Positions 37,033-47,478 of a DNA stretch of 52,232 nt are shown piece by piece; positions within the stretch are counted from its first letter, which is position 1, and each line of letters opens with the position of its first letter. The DNA comes from Deltaproteobacteria bacterium (lineage in GTDB: Bacteria; CG2-30-53-67). The notes beneath the pieces were generated by a model. That model was not told the origin of the DNA, searched no databases, and saw only the letters and a list, made by a program, of their open reading frames with translations. Made by a program: the position numbers and the translations under genes. The stretch covers positions 1-52,232 of the forward strand of contig JAADIO010000039.1 in NCBI GenBank assembly GCA_013151235.1, in the 5' to 3' direction.

Positions 37033-38910
37033 ATGGCAAAAAAGACGAGGAAGAGTACGGATCATCGGATACGTATCATGGTCGGGATGGGGACCTGCGG
37101 ACGTGCGGCCGGCGGGATGAAGGTTTTTGATGCCCTCGACCAACTCCTTCAGGCGGACAAAGTCAAGGCGGAGTTGGAACAGACCGGGTGTATCGGGATG
37201 TGTTCGCAGGAGGTCCTGGTCGATGTACAGTTGCCGGGCAGGACTCGTGTACTTTACGGAAACATCAAACCGATCAAGGAGAAACATCTCAAAATCCTCG
37301 AACAGATCGTCAAAGAGCATCTGATTGGAGGGGAGGTCGTCAAGGAGCATGTCCTCGGACAGATCCGGCCGGAGAACGGCGAGAAACCTTTTGATGATAT
37401 TCCCTACTACGAGGAACTCTCTTTCAACTCCGCACAGGAACGGATTGTTCTCCGGAACTGCGGTTCCATGGATCCCGAGAGTATCGGCGAGTATTGTGCC
37501 CGTGACGGTTACAAGGCGCTGACAAAGGTTTTAAAGGAGATGACCCCGGAAGAGGTGGTCGACGAGATGAAACTCTCGGGACTTCGCGGGCGGGGCGGTG
37601 CCGGTTTTCCCACCGGACTCAAGTGGGGTTTTGCGGCCATGTCCCGGTCCGATGTGAAGTATATGATCTGCAACGCCGACGAAGGGGATCCCGGGGCCTT
37701 CATGGATCGCTCCGTGCTCGAAGGGGACCCCCACTCCGTCCTTGAGGGGATGGCAATCGGCGGCTATGCCATGGGGGCGCATACCGGGTATATCTACGTC
37801 CGGGCCGAATACCCCCTGGCGATCAAACGCCTGAAGATTGCTATTGCTCAGGCCGGGGAGCGGGGCCTTCTCGGAAAGAATATTCTGAAAACGGGTTTTG
37901 ATTTTGAGATCTTCATCAAACAGGGAGCCGGGGCCTTTGTCTGCGGAGAAGAGACGGCCCTGATTGCCTCGATCGAAGGCAAAAGAGGGATGCCCCGTCC
38001 CAAGCCGCCCTTTCCTGCGAATCACGGGCTCTGGGGAAAGCCGACGAATATCAATAATGTCGAGACCCTTGCCAACGTTGCGCCGATCATCCTGAAGGGG
38101 GGCGCCTGGTATGCCGGTTTCGGCACGGAAAAGAGCAAGGGGACCAAGGTCTTTGCCCTGGCGGGGAAGATCAGCAATCCCGGTCTGATCGAAGTCCCCA
38201 TGGGCAAACCGCTCAGGGAAATCATCTACGATATCGGCGGCGGCTGTCCCGGCGGGAAAGCCTTCAAGGCGGTCCAGACCGGCGGCCCTTCGGGGGGATG
38301 TATCCCTGCGTCGATTATCGATACCCCCGTCGATTACGAATCGCTCGCTCAGGCCGGGGCGATCATGGGATCGGGCGGCATGGTGGTCATGGATGAGAAC
38401 ACCTGTATGGTCGAGATGGCCCGTTATTTTCTCAATTTTACCCAAGAGGAGTCGTGCGGGAAATGTGTTCCCTGCCGGGTCGGGACCAAACGGATGCTCG
38501 AGATCCTCGAACGGATTGTGGAGGGAAAGGGGAAAGAAGGGGACGTGGAACTCTTAAAGGACCTGGGGGAGGATGTCAAGGCGGCTTCTCTCTGCGGCCT
38601 GGGGCAGACGGCGCCCAATCCGGTTCTTTCCACGATTCGATATTTTCAGGACGAGTATGATGCCCACATCCATGAGAAACGCTGTCCGGCCGGTGTCTGC
38701 AAAGCGCTCTTCCAGTACCGGGTGGAAGATCCTTTCTGCAAGATGTGCGGCCTCTGCGTCCGAAAGTGTCCTGTGGGGGCCATCCAGGGCGGGCCGAAGA
38801 AAATTGCGAAGATCATAGACAGCAAATGCGTCAAGTGCGGTGTTTGTATCGAGGTCTGTCCCTTTGAGGCCATTACGCAGGTTGACACTCATGAGAAATC
38901 CGAGACATAA
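37033..38910 (+). CDS. NuoF/HydB-like FMN/NAD-binding subunit (HylB)
   Basis: N-terminal Trx-like Fe-S domain, GLRGRGGAGFPTG, CNADEGDPGAFMDR, ESCGKCVPCRVG, two C-terminal ferredoxin motifs. Confidence 0.93.
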   Translation: MAKKTRKSTDHRIRIMVGMGTCGRAAGGMKVFDALDQLLQADKVKAELEQTGCIGMCSQEVLVDVQLPGRTRVLYGNIKPIKEKHLKILEQIVKEHLIGGEVVKEHVLGQIRPENGEKPFDDIPYYEELSFNSAQERIVLRNCGSMDPESIGEYCARDGYKALTKVLKEMTPEEVVDEMKLSGLRGRGGAGFPTGLKWGFAAMSRSDVKYMICNADEGDPGAFMDRSVLEGDPHSVLEGMAIGGYAMGAHTGYIYVRAEYPLAIKRLKIAIAQAGERGLLGKNILKTGFDFEIFIKQGAGAFVCGEETALIASIEGKRGMPRPKPPFPANHGLWGKPTNINNVETLANVAPIILKGGAWYAGFGTEKSKGTKVFALAGKISNPGLIEVPMGKPLREIIYDIGGGCPGGKAFKAVQTGGPSGGCIPASIIDTPVDYESLAQAGAIMGSGGMVVMDENTCMVEMARYFLNFTQEESCGKCVPCRVGTKRMLEILERIVEGKGKEGDVELLKDLGEDVKAASLCGLGQTAPNPVLSTIRYFQDEYDAHIHEKRCPAGVCKALFQYRVEDPFCKMCGLCVRKCPVGAIQGGPKKIAKIIDSKCVKCGVCIEVCPFEAITQVDTHEKSET

Positions 38911-38974
38911 ACTTCGGGAAGATCTTCCGGAGAGCCGACAGTCACATCCCTGACAAGGACATTGAGGTACTCTT

Positions 38975-41668
38975 ATGAACGTAACGATTAACGGCAAGGT
39001 CATTGACGCCCGGCCGGAAAGCACGATCCTGGAGGTGGCACGGGAAGGGGGGATTCATATCCCTACGCTCTGTTATCACAAGCAGCTTTCGCCTTACGGG
39101 GGCTGTCGGCTCTGTATCGTCGAGGTCGAAGGAATTCCCCGGCTGGTGGCTTCCTGCACGACACCGGTCACGGACGGGATGGTGGTCAAGACCGATACGG
39201 AGCAGATCCGGAAGGTACGAAAGACCATTGTTGAACTGATTCTCTCCAACCATCCGAATGAATGTATGGTCTGCGAACAGAACGGTCGATGCGAACTGCA
39301 GGATCTGGCTTACGAATTCGGATTAAAAGAGATCCGGTTCCAGGGAGAAAAGAGTGTCTATCCGATTCAGAATCAGAACCCCCTGATCGAGCGGGACTAC
39401 AACAAGTGTATTCTCTGCGGCCGTTGTGTCCGGATGTGCGATGAGGTCCAGGGGGTTGGCGCCGTTGATTTTTCCAATCGCGGGTTCCATGCCAAGATCG
39501 CGACGGAGTACGACGGGGTGCTGGCCTGTGAATTTTGCGGGAACTGTGTCGAGGCTTGTCCCGTGGGGGCGCTGACCGGGAAAATCTCGCGGTACAAGGG
39601 GCGTTCCTGGGAGGCGAAGAAGGTCCGGACGGTTTGCAACTACTGCGGTTGCGGCTGTACGATTACGATGCATGCCAAGGAGGGGCAGGTGATCCGGGTC
39701 AGCCGGGCGGACGGCGCCACCGTCAATGACGGCTGCATGTGCGTCAAGGGGAAGTTCGGGTTCGAGTATATCAACCATGAAGACCGTTTGACGACCCCCC
39801 TGGTTCGAAAAGACGGCAAGCTGGTGGAGGCGACCTGGGAGGAGGCCCTCGAGCGGGTGGCGGAGAACCTGGGGCGGATCAAGCAGGACTATGGCAGCAA
39901 CAGTATCGGCGGCCTCTGCTCGGCCAAGTGCACCAACGAAGATAATTATGTTTTTCAGAAGTTCATGCGAACGGTGATCGGCACCAACAATGTTGATCAC
40001 TGTGCACGGTATTGACACAGCTCCACGGTCGCCGGTCTGGTGGCCTCCTTTGGAAGCGGTGCGATGACGAACTCGATTGAGGAGTTTGTCCATTCCAATG
40101 CCTATTTCGTGATCGGGTCCAACACCACGGAGGCGCACCCGATTATTGCGCTCCAGTTGAAAAAAGGTGTCCGGTTCAACGGGGCGAAGCTGGTTGTGGC
40201 GGACCCCCGGGAGATTCCGCTGACCCGGTATGCCGACCTCTGGCTCCGGCACCGGCCGGGGACGGACGCTGCCCTGATCAACGGCCTGATGCACCTGATT
40301 CTCAAGGAGGGGCTGGAAGACCGGGAATTCGTCCGAGACCGGACCGAGAATTTTGACGCACTGAAGAAGGTCTTGAAAAAATATACGCCAGCCTATACGG
40401 AGAAGGTCACCGGTGTTCCGAAAGAGAAGTTGCAGGAAGCGGCACGGATTATCGGGACGGAAGAACGTGTGGCCTTCTTTTATGCCATGGGGATTACCCA
40501 GCATGTGATGGGGACCGAGAACGTCATGAGTGTGGCCAATCTTGCCATGTTGACGGGGAATGTCGGCAAACCGGGGACGGGTGTCAATCCTCTGCGGGGA
40601 CAGAGCAATGTCCAGGGGGCCTGTGACATGGGCGGGCTCTTTGACTACTATCCCGGATATCAGCGGGTCGATCAGGAGGCAAACCGGCAAAAGTTCTCCA
40701 AGGCCTGGCGGTGCGATACCTTGAGCCGGGAACCGGGGCTTCCCGCCACGGGCATGGTGAATGCCGCAATTGAGGGAAAGGTGAAGGCCCTCTATGTGAT
40801 GGGGGAAAACCCGATCCTTTCCGATCCCGATATCGGTCATACGGAGAAGGCTTTTGCAAATCTTGAATTCCTGCTGGTGCAGGACATCTTCCTGACCGAG
40901 ACGGCGGCCCTGGCGGATGTGGTGCTGCCTGCAGCGAGTTTTGCCGAGAAAGACGGGACCTTCACCAACACGGAGCGGCGTGTGCAGCGGGTCCGGGAGG
41001 TGATTGAGCCGGTGGGAGGCAGCCGGGTCGACTGGAAGATTCTTGCGGCGATTGCCGAAAAGATGGGACGGCCGATGCACTTTCAGGACAGCGCCGGAAT
41101 TTTCGATGAAATGGCTTCCGTGACCCCCCTTTACGGTGGAATCTCGCACGAGCGTCTGGAGCGGGGGAGTTTGCAGTGGCCCTGCCCGGATGCCGATCAT
41201 CCCGGAACGCCCTATCTGCATAAAGGGAAGTTCTCCCGGGGCAAGGGATTCTTTTCTCCCGTGGATTACAAACCGCCGACGGAACTTCCGGATGCAAAGT
41301 ATCCCTTCCTCCTGACGACGGGGCGGATGCTCTCTCATTATCATACGGGCAGCATGACCCGACGGTCCGGGGGGCTTCATGAACTCTGTCCGGAAGGGTT
41401 TGTCGAGATCCATCCCCGGGACGCGAAGAAGCTCAAGATCAAGGATGGGGAAGAGATTCGTCTCACATCCCGCCGCGGAACAGTGACGGTGAAGGCGAAG
41501 ATCACCCGGCGTGTCCCTCCGAAAGTGGTCTATATGAATTTTCATTTTGCCGAATCGGCGGCCAATCGCCTGACCATTGCCGCCCTTGATCCTCTTTCAG
41601 GGATTGCCGAAGCAAAGGTCTGTGCCGTGAAGGTGGAAAAGATGCAGTCCGTGAAGGTGACGGTTTAA
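38975..41668 (+). CDS. fdhA: Selenocysteine-containing Mo/W formate dehydrogenase alpha subunit with N-terminal Fe-S domains (897 aa, Sec347)
   Basis: ORFs 38975-40015 and 40040-41668 are in frame across TGA 40013-40015, giving DHCARY-U-HSSTVAGL; also CNYCGCGC...CVKG, PLRGQSNVQG and LTTGR. Confidence 0.93.
40027..40045 (+). promoter_or_regulatory. Bacterial SECIS element
   Basis: ggtcgcc-ggtct-ggtggcc hairpin starting 11 nt after the UGA, the same layout as the E. coli fdhF SECIS. Confidence 0.8.
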
Positions 41669-41681
41669 GGAGGAAGGTGCC

Positions 41682-42140
41682 ATGGGAATGATTGATATCC
41701 TGAGGGTCAATCCGCTCTTTGTCGATCTGACCGACCGGGAGCTGGAAAAAGTGGTGGAGGTTGTTCAGAAGAAGAAATGTGGCGCCGGCAGTGAAATCTT
41801 TGATGAAAATATGCCGGGTCGGGAACTCTACATTATTCTAAGCGGCAAGATCCGGATTGTGAAAATCACGCGTGAAGGGGAACGTCAGACCCTGAGTGTT
41901 CTGAAACCTGGAAGTTTCTTCGGGGAACTCTCTCTTCTGGACGGCCGGAAACATTCCGCCTCCGCCGAGGCCGTGGAGGATTCCACCCTGCTTGTCTTGA
42001 CGCAGCAATCGCTGGCGTCGATCGAGAAGAATCACCCCGAAGTGGCCCTGAAGGTGATCAAGAACATGGCGCTGAAGATCAGCGGTATCCTTCGGGAGAT
42101 GAACGAAAAGTTCATGGGGATGGTGAACTATATGTGGTAA
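41682..42140 (+). CDS. Stand-alone cyclic-nucleotide-binding domain protein (no HTH)
   Basis: ELYIILSGKIRI, GSFFGELSLLDGRKHSASAEA; ends after the C-helix. Confidence 0.88.
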   Translation: MGMIDILRVNPLFVDLTDRELEKVVEVVQKKKCGAGSEIFDENMPGRELYIILSGKIRIVKITREGERQTLSVLKPGSFFGELSLLDGRKHSASAEAVEDSTLLVLTQQSLASIEKNHPEVALKVIKNMALKISGILREMNEKFMGMVNYMW

Positions 42141-42203
42141 TGGAAAAGCGTTCCGTTTTTTCATGTTGTCAAACCAATCTATCAACTGGAACGGGAGGAG
42201 ATC

Positions 42204-43967
42204 ATGGCATTAGATCCGACAAAACACGCCGATTGGGAAATCGCACAGGAAGCGGAATCCCGGATGAAGACCGTCTATCAGCTGGCCGAGGAGTTGGGGC
42301 TGGAAAAAGAGGAACTGCTTCCTCACGGGCATTATGTGGCCAAGGTTGACTTTGCCGGGGTGACCCGGCGTCTGGCCGACCGTCCCAACGGGAAGTATGT
42401 GGATGTGACGGCGATTACGCCGACGCCTTTGGGAGAAGGAAAGTCGACCTCCACCATGGGGCTGGTGCAGGGGCTGGGCAAACGGGGGAAGAGTGTTACT
42501 GCAGCGATCCGACAACCTTCCGGCGGACCGACGATGAACATCAAGGGGTCCGCCGCCGGCGGAGGCCTTTCCCAGTGCATTCCGTTGACCCCCTTTTCCC
42601 TGGGGTTGACGGGAGACATCAATGCCATCATGAATGCCCACAATCTGGCCATGGTGGCGCTCACCGCACGAATGCAGCATGAGTTCAATTACGACGACGC
42701 GATCCTTGCTACGAAGAACCTGAAGCGTCTCAATATCGACCCCAACAATGTGGAGATGGGATGGATCATTGATTTCTGCGCCCAGTCCCTCCGGCATATC
42801 ATCATCGGGATGGGGGGGAAGATGGATGGGTTCATGATGCCCTCCAAGTTCGGTATCGCCGTCTCGTCCGAGATCATGGCGATCCTCGCCGTGGCAAACG
42901 ACCTCAAGGACATGCGGGAACGGATGGGGAAAATCGTTGTTGCCTACAGCAAGAGCGGCGATCCCGTAACCACGGCCGACCTCGAGGTGGATGGTGCCAT
43001 GACGGCCTGGATGGTGGAGGCGCTCAACCCGAATCTGCTTCAGACCCTCGAAGGACAGCCGGTCTTCGTTCATGCCGGTCCCTTTGCAAACATCGCGATC
43101 GGTCAGTCCTCGATCATTGCCGACCGGGTCGGTTTGAAGTTGGGGGACTATCACGTCACGGAATCGGGTTTCGGCGCCGACATCGGATTCGAAAAATTCT
43201 GGAATCTGAAATGCCGTTTCTCCGGCCTGAAACCAAATGCTGCTGTTGTGGTGGCCACGATCCGGGCGCTCAAGTGCCACGGAGGGGCCCCCATCCCGGT
43301 CCCGGGCCGTCCCATGCCGGAAGAGTACTCGGGGGAGAATGTCGGCTGGGTTGAAAAAGGGTGTGAGAACCTGGTACACCACATCAAGAATGTCAAACAG
43401 GCGGGGATCAATCCAGTGGTCTGTATCAATGCCTTTTACACCGATACCGACAATGAGATCAACGCGGTGCGGCGGCTCGCGGAAGCCGCCGGTGCCCGGG
43501 TGGCTCTTTCCCGCCATTGGGAACATGGCGGCGACGGCGCCCTCGAATTTGCCGATGCAGTGGTGGATGCCTGTAATGAGCCGAATGATTTTCAGTTTCT
43601 CTATGACCTGAAGACTCCGCTGCGCACCCGTATCGAAATGATTGCGGAGCATGTCTACGGCGCCGACGGGGTGGAATACTCTCCCGGGGCTCTCTCCAAG
43701 GCAAAGCGGATCGAAGCGGATCCGGAACTCTCGAAACTGGGCACCTGCATGGTGAAGACGCATCTGAGTCTTTCCGACAACCCCATGATTAAGGGGGTGC
43801 CCAAGGCGTGGAAACTTTCCGTCCAGGATATCCTGACTTACGGAGGCGCCGGTTTTGTCGTGCCCGTGGCGGGGACGATCAGTCTCATGCCCGGGACGGC
43901 CTCGGATCCGGCCTATCGCCGTGTGGATGTGGATGTAGAGAGCGGGAAGGTAACGGGTCTTTTTTAA
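42204..43967 (+). CDS. fhs: Formate-tetrahydrofolate ligase
   Basis: [53 protein letters not shown]. Confidence 0.97.
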   Translation: MALDPTKHADWEIAQEAESRMKTVYQLAEELGLEKEELLPHGHYVAKVDFAGVTRRLADRPNGKYVDVTAITPTPLGEGKSTSTMGLVQGLGKRGKSVTAAIRQPSGGPTMNIKGSAAGGGLSQCIPLTPFSLGLTGDINAIMNAHNLAMVALTARMQHEFNYDDAILATKNLKRLNIDPNNVEMGWIIDFCAQSLRHIIIGMGGKMDGFMMPSKFGIAVSSEIMAILAVANDLKDMRERMGKIVVAYSKSGDPVTTADLEVDGAMTAWMVEALNPNLLQTLEGQPVFVHAGPFANIAIGQSSIIADRVGLKLGDYHVTESGFGADIGFEKFWNLKCRFSGLKPNAAVVVATIRALKCHGGAPIPVPGRPMPEEYSGENVGWVEKGCENLVHHIKNVKQAGINPVVCINAFYTDTDNEINAVRRLAEAAGARVALSRHWEHGGDGALEFADAVVDACNEPNDFQFLYDLKTPLRTRIEMIAEHVYGADGVEYSPGALSKAKRIEADPELSKLGTCMVKTHLSLSDNPMIKGVPKAWKLSVQDILTYGGAGFVVPVAGTISLMPGTASDPAYRRVDVDVESGKVTGLF

Positions 43968-43995
43968 GAGGGATTGAGTATCCTACCGGGAATTT

Positions 43996-44289
43996 ATGAT
44001 GAGGGATCGATCTTTTGACGCAGGCAGGGAAAGCCGGGGGGTGTTGCTGCCCCTCGGCGTCCTGATCCTTGCGGGAATTGCGGGGAACCTGATTGCCCGG
44101 GCCATGGGGATGTTGGTGCCGGGAGGGGTTTTGCATGACCTGTTGGTCTCGGGATTCCGTTTCGGGATTGATCCGCCCTGGACACTCAATCTTGCCGTAT
44201 TCTCCCTGAGTTTCGGGTTTTCTCTGAACCTGACCTTTACGGGTGTCCTTATGATGATCTTGTTTCTCTTCTTGTACAAGAAGGCTTGA
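43996..44289 (+). CDS. Small membrane protein, DUF4321-like
   Basis: Hydrophobic; GIDPPWTLNLAVFSLSFGFSLNL pattern. Confidence 0.55.
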   Translation: MMRDRSFDAGRESRGVLLPLGVLILAGIAGNLIARAMGMLVPGGVLHDLLVSGFRFGIDPPWTLNLAVFSLSFGFSLNLTFTGVLMMILFLFLYKKA

Positions 44290-44336
44290 CGATCTGCAGG
44301 TTGGTTCTCTGATTTTTAGCGGGTGTTCTTTCTATT

Positions 44337-45401
44337 ATGGCTGTCCATCCTTTTCTTCGAGGTTTCTTTTTTTCTTTTTTCCTGCTCGTTCTTTCGTCGT
44401 GGATCCTGCCGCCGGTCGTCCGGGCCGATGTTACGATCGAGTTTGTCCTCGATGGCTCCGGGTCGATGTGGGGGCAGCTCTATGACCAGTACAAGATTGT
44501 GATCCTGAAACAGGGGATGGAAAGTTTCCTGGAGAAGGCTCCCGACGACCTGCGGATCGGCATTCGCGCCTTCGGCCTCAGCGGGGAAGAGGGGTGCAGC
44601 AACACGCGTCTTCTCCTGCCGCCGACGATGAACGCCTATCCCGAGGTGATCCAGGCGGTGAAAAAGATGAACCCGTCGGGGCAGGCACCGATCATTTTTG
44701 CGCTTCGAAAGGGGCTAAAAGACCTGAAAGGGGCTGAAGGGAAAAAACTCCTGATCCTGATTGCGGATGGGCGGGACACTTGTGAAGCCGACAGCCTTGG
44801 GGCGGTGGAAAAGCTTTCCCAGGCCCTCTCCGGCGTGGAGATCCATGTGATCGGTCTGGGCCTTCCGGCCGGGGAAGACCGGACGGAGTTAAAACTCCTT
44901 GCCGCCAAGGCAAACGGAAATTATTATAATGTCTCCAACAGCAGTCAATTAAAGCGGCGGGTCTCCGGGATTGTCGGACAAACAATCCGGGAGGAGAAGG
45001 AACGTCTCCGGCTGCTTGCCGAGGAGAAGGTCCGGCAGGCCACCCTGGCCGAAAAGACCCGGCTGGTCGTGGAATTCGTCAGTCATGTTCCCGGATTCTT
45101 CTGCAGCGGGATCCGTCTGCTCGATCTGCAGATCGACGGGAAACCGGTCAAAGCTTCGGGGATGACCGGGATCGGCTGTACGGACCGGGTTCGACTCTAC
45201 GATCGTCCACTGGCCGCGGGAGACCATACGATCCTCCTGCAATACGAAAAGGACAATCACGGTGATTTTCTTAAAAGTCGCCCGGAATCATTTTCCGTGA
45301 ACGTGACCTCCGGCAAAACGACCCGGCTGGAATGCCGTACGGCCGGTCACCTTCTCTATTGGGGGCTCGACTTTTCCGTAGAGGAGGTTGACTCGCCCTG
45401 A
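44337..45401 (+). CDS. Exported von Willebrand A domain protein
   Basis: Signal peptide, MIDAS motif DGSGSM, IADGRDTC, IHVIGLG. Confidence 0.82.
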   Translation: MAVHPFLRGFFFSFFLLVLSSWILPPVVRADVTIEFVLDGSGSMWGQLYDQYKIVILKQGMESFLEKAPDDLRIGIRAFGLSGEEGCSNTRLLLPPTMNAYPEVIQAVKKMNPSGQAPIIFALRKGLKDLKGAEGKKLLILIADGRDTCEADSLGAVEKLSQALSGVEIHVIGLGLPAGEDRTELKLLAAKANGNYYNVSNSSQLKRRVSGIVGQTIREEKERLRLLAEEKVRQATLAEKTRLVVEFVSHVPGFFCSGIRLLDLQIDGKPVKASGMTGIGCTDRVRLYDRPLAAGDHTILLQYEKDNHGDFLKSRPESFSVNVTSGKTTRLECRTAGHLLYWGLDFSVEEVDSP

Positions 45402-45452
45402 AGAGGGCCGGGCTGCCGGCTTCTGTTGCGTCCCCGAAGGGGCCCATCTGTG

Positions 45453-47369
45453 ATGAAACTCTGCAAGGTCAAATTCTTTCCCAGTGAACGGAGCATCTCC
45501 GTTCGTGTCGGTTCCACCCTTCTCAAGGCGGCCTCCATGGCCGGGGTTCATATCAACGCTTCCTGCGGCGGTGCGGGGACCTGCGGAAAGTGCCGTGCCG
45601 TGATCCGGGAAGGGGACTATCGGACGGAATCGAGCATCCATCTGCCGGAGGAAGACCGTGCAGAAGGCTATGTCCTTTCCTGTCTGACCGTGATCGAAGG
45701 GGATTGCGAGGTTGAGATTCCGAAAGAGGCACAGCGGGGTGAAGGTACGCAGGTGGCGACGGGGATCCCCGGGATGGAATTGCTCAAAATCGGGGAACGG
45801 GAGATCCGTCCCCGGACCAAGAAGGTACACTTCAGGATTTCCCCGCCGACGCTTGATGACAATATATCCGACTGGGCCCGCCTGCGGCGTGATCTGAACA
45901 ATGCCGGTTATGGCGGGCTACCGGTTACCTGCGGCTTGTCGGTGTTGCAGAAGATGGGGCGTGTCCTGCGGGAAAGTCACTGGGACGTAACGGTGACGCT
46001 CCTCTGGAGCCAGGTGGAACTGGAGGTTATGGACATTGAACCGGGCGATGTGACACAGTCCCGTTACGGGCTGGCCATCGATGTGGGAACGACGACGGTC
46101 GTGGCTTACCTGGTTCACCTCAACACCGGTGAGGTGATTGACGTCGAATCGGACCTGAATGCCCAGATCCGATGCGGGGAGGATGTTATCTCCCGGATTG
46201 TCTATGCCACGGAGGTGGGGACGGTGGAGGAGGTCCACGGTCTTGTGATCGAGACCATCAGCGGCCTGGTCCGCCGCCTGACCCGGCGTAACGGTATCCG
46301 GTCGGAGGACATCGATTCCGTTGTGGCCGCCGGAAACACGACCATGACCCATCTCCTCTATAATTTGGATCCGCATACCATCCGGGAAGAGCCCTACATC
46401 CCGACGGTGAATCTGTTCCCCGTCATCAAGGCCCGGGAGATCGGGATTCACTCCAATCCGAATGCCAGCATCTATGCCGTGCCCGGGACGGCCAGTTACG
46501 TGGGCGGAGATATCACCGCCGGGGTCCTTGCCTCGGAGATCTACAAGAGTGATGCGTTAACAATCTTTATCGATATCGGGACCAACGGGGAGCTGGTGTT
46601 GGGAAACCGGGAATGGCTGGTCGCTGCCTCCTGCTCCGCCGGCCCGGCCTTTGAGGGAGGCGGAGTGAAGTTCGGCATGCGGGCCTGCCGAGGGGCGATT
46701 GAAGGGGTTCGAATCGATCGGGAGACCTTGGAACCGGAGTGCCATGTTATCGGAGGGGGGGCGCCGGAAGGGATTTGCGGTTCCGGGATGATCGATGTGC
46801 TGGCCGAGATGTGCATGGCCGGGGTGATCGATCCGAAGGGAAATTTCGTCTCCGAGCTTAAGACCGACCGGATTCGTCCGGGAGAGACCGGCCTGGAATA
46901 TGTCCTGGCACGGGAAGCCGAGACGGAGATCGGACGCGACATCGTACTGACGGATTCGGATATCGACAATATCATTCGGACGAAAGGGGCGATCTACGCC
47001 GGATTCCGTACCCTCCTGGGCGAAATGGGTCTTACCTTTGGTGATGTGGAGCGTTTCATCATTGCCGGGGGGTTCGGGAACTATATTGATATCGAGAAGG
47101 CGATCATCATCGGGCTTCTGCCCGACCTGCCGGAAGAACGCTTCCACTTTATCGGTAATTCCTCCATTATCGGTGCTTACCTGGTCCTCCTGTCCAAGGA
47201 GATGCGGCTGGAGGCCGAAGAGATCGCCCGGAAAATGACCTACATTGAACTTTCCGTTTCCCACTCCTTCATGGATGAATACATGTCCGCCCTTTTCCTT
47301 CCTCATACTGATCTTACCGCCTTCCCGACCGTTTCCGAGATTATGCGGCAGAAACGAAAAACCCCGTAA
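45453..47369 (+). CDS. acsV: ASKHA-family reductive activator of corrinoid proteins (AcsV/RACo-like)
   Basis: N-terminal 2Fe-2S CGGAGTCGKC, AIDVGTTT, GEDVISRI, AGNTTM, DIGTNGE, SAGPAFEG, GICGSG, AGGFG. Confidence 0.9.
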   Translation: MKLCKVKFFPSERSISVRVGSTLLKAASMAGVHINASCGGAGTCGKCRAVIREGDYRTESSIHLPEEDRAEGYVLSCLTVIEGDCEVEIPKEAQRGEGTQVATGIPGMELLKIGEREIRPRTKKVHFRISPPTLDDNISDWARLRRDLNNAGYGGLPVTCGLSVLQKMGRVLRESHWDVTVTLLWSQVELEVMDIEPGDVTQSRYGLAIDVGTTTVVAYLVHLNTGEVIDVESDLNAQIRCGEDVISRIVYATEVGTVEEVHGLVIETISGLVRRLTRRNGIRSEDIDSVVAAGNTTMTHLLYNLDPHTIREEPYIPTVNLFPVIKAREIGIHSNPNASIYAVPGTASYVGGDITAGVLASEIYKSDALTIFIDIGTNGELVLGNREWLVAASCSAGPAFEGGGVKFGMRACRGAIEGVRIDRETLEPECHVIGGGAPEGICGSGMIDVLAEMCMAGVIDPKGNFVSELKTDRIRPGETGLEYVLAREAETEIGRDIVLTDSDIDNIIRTKGAIYAGFRTLLGEMGLTFGDVERFIIAGGFGNYIDIEKAIIIGLLPDLPEERFHFIGNSSIIGAYLVLLSKEMRLEAEEIARKMTYIELSVSHSFMDEYMSALFLPHTDLTAFPTVSEIMRQKRKTP

Positions 47370-47478
47370 ATCCCTTGTTGCGGCATCCCCGATTCTCCTG
47401 CACGGGAGTTGATTCCCATGCGGCTTTGTGCAATAATCCGGAATTGTTCAGAACCTAGCGGAGACGAGAAGGAATTTT

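Noticed and set aside
36422-40015. NADH dehydrogenase I (nuoEFG) or [FeFe]-hydrogenase
   Set aside because: No other nuo genes and no H-cluster motifs; the third subunit continues into a molybdopterin FDH.
38975-41668. Formate dehydrogenase as a split gene or pseudogene
   Set aside because: The stop is an in-frame UGA at the catalytic Sec position with a SECIS hairpin.
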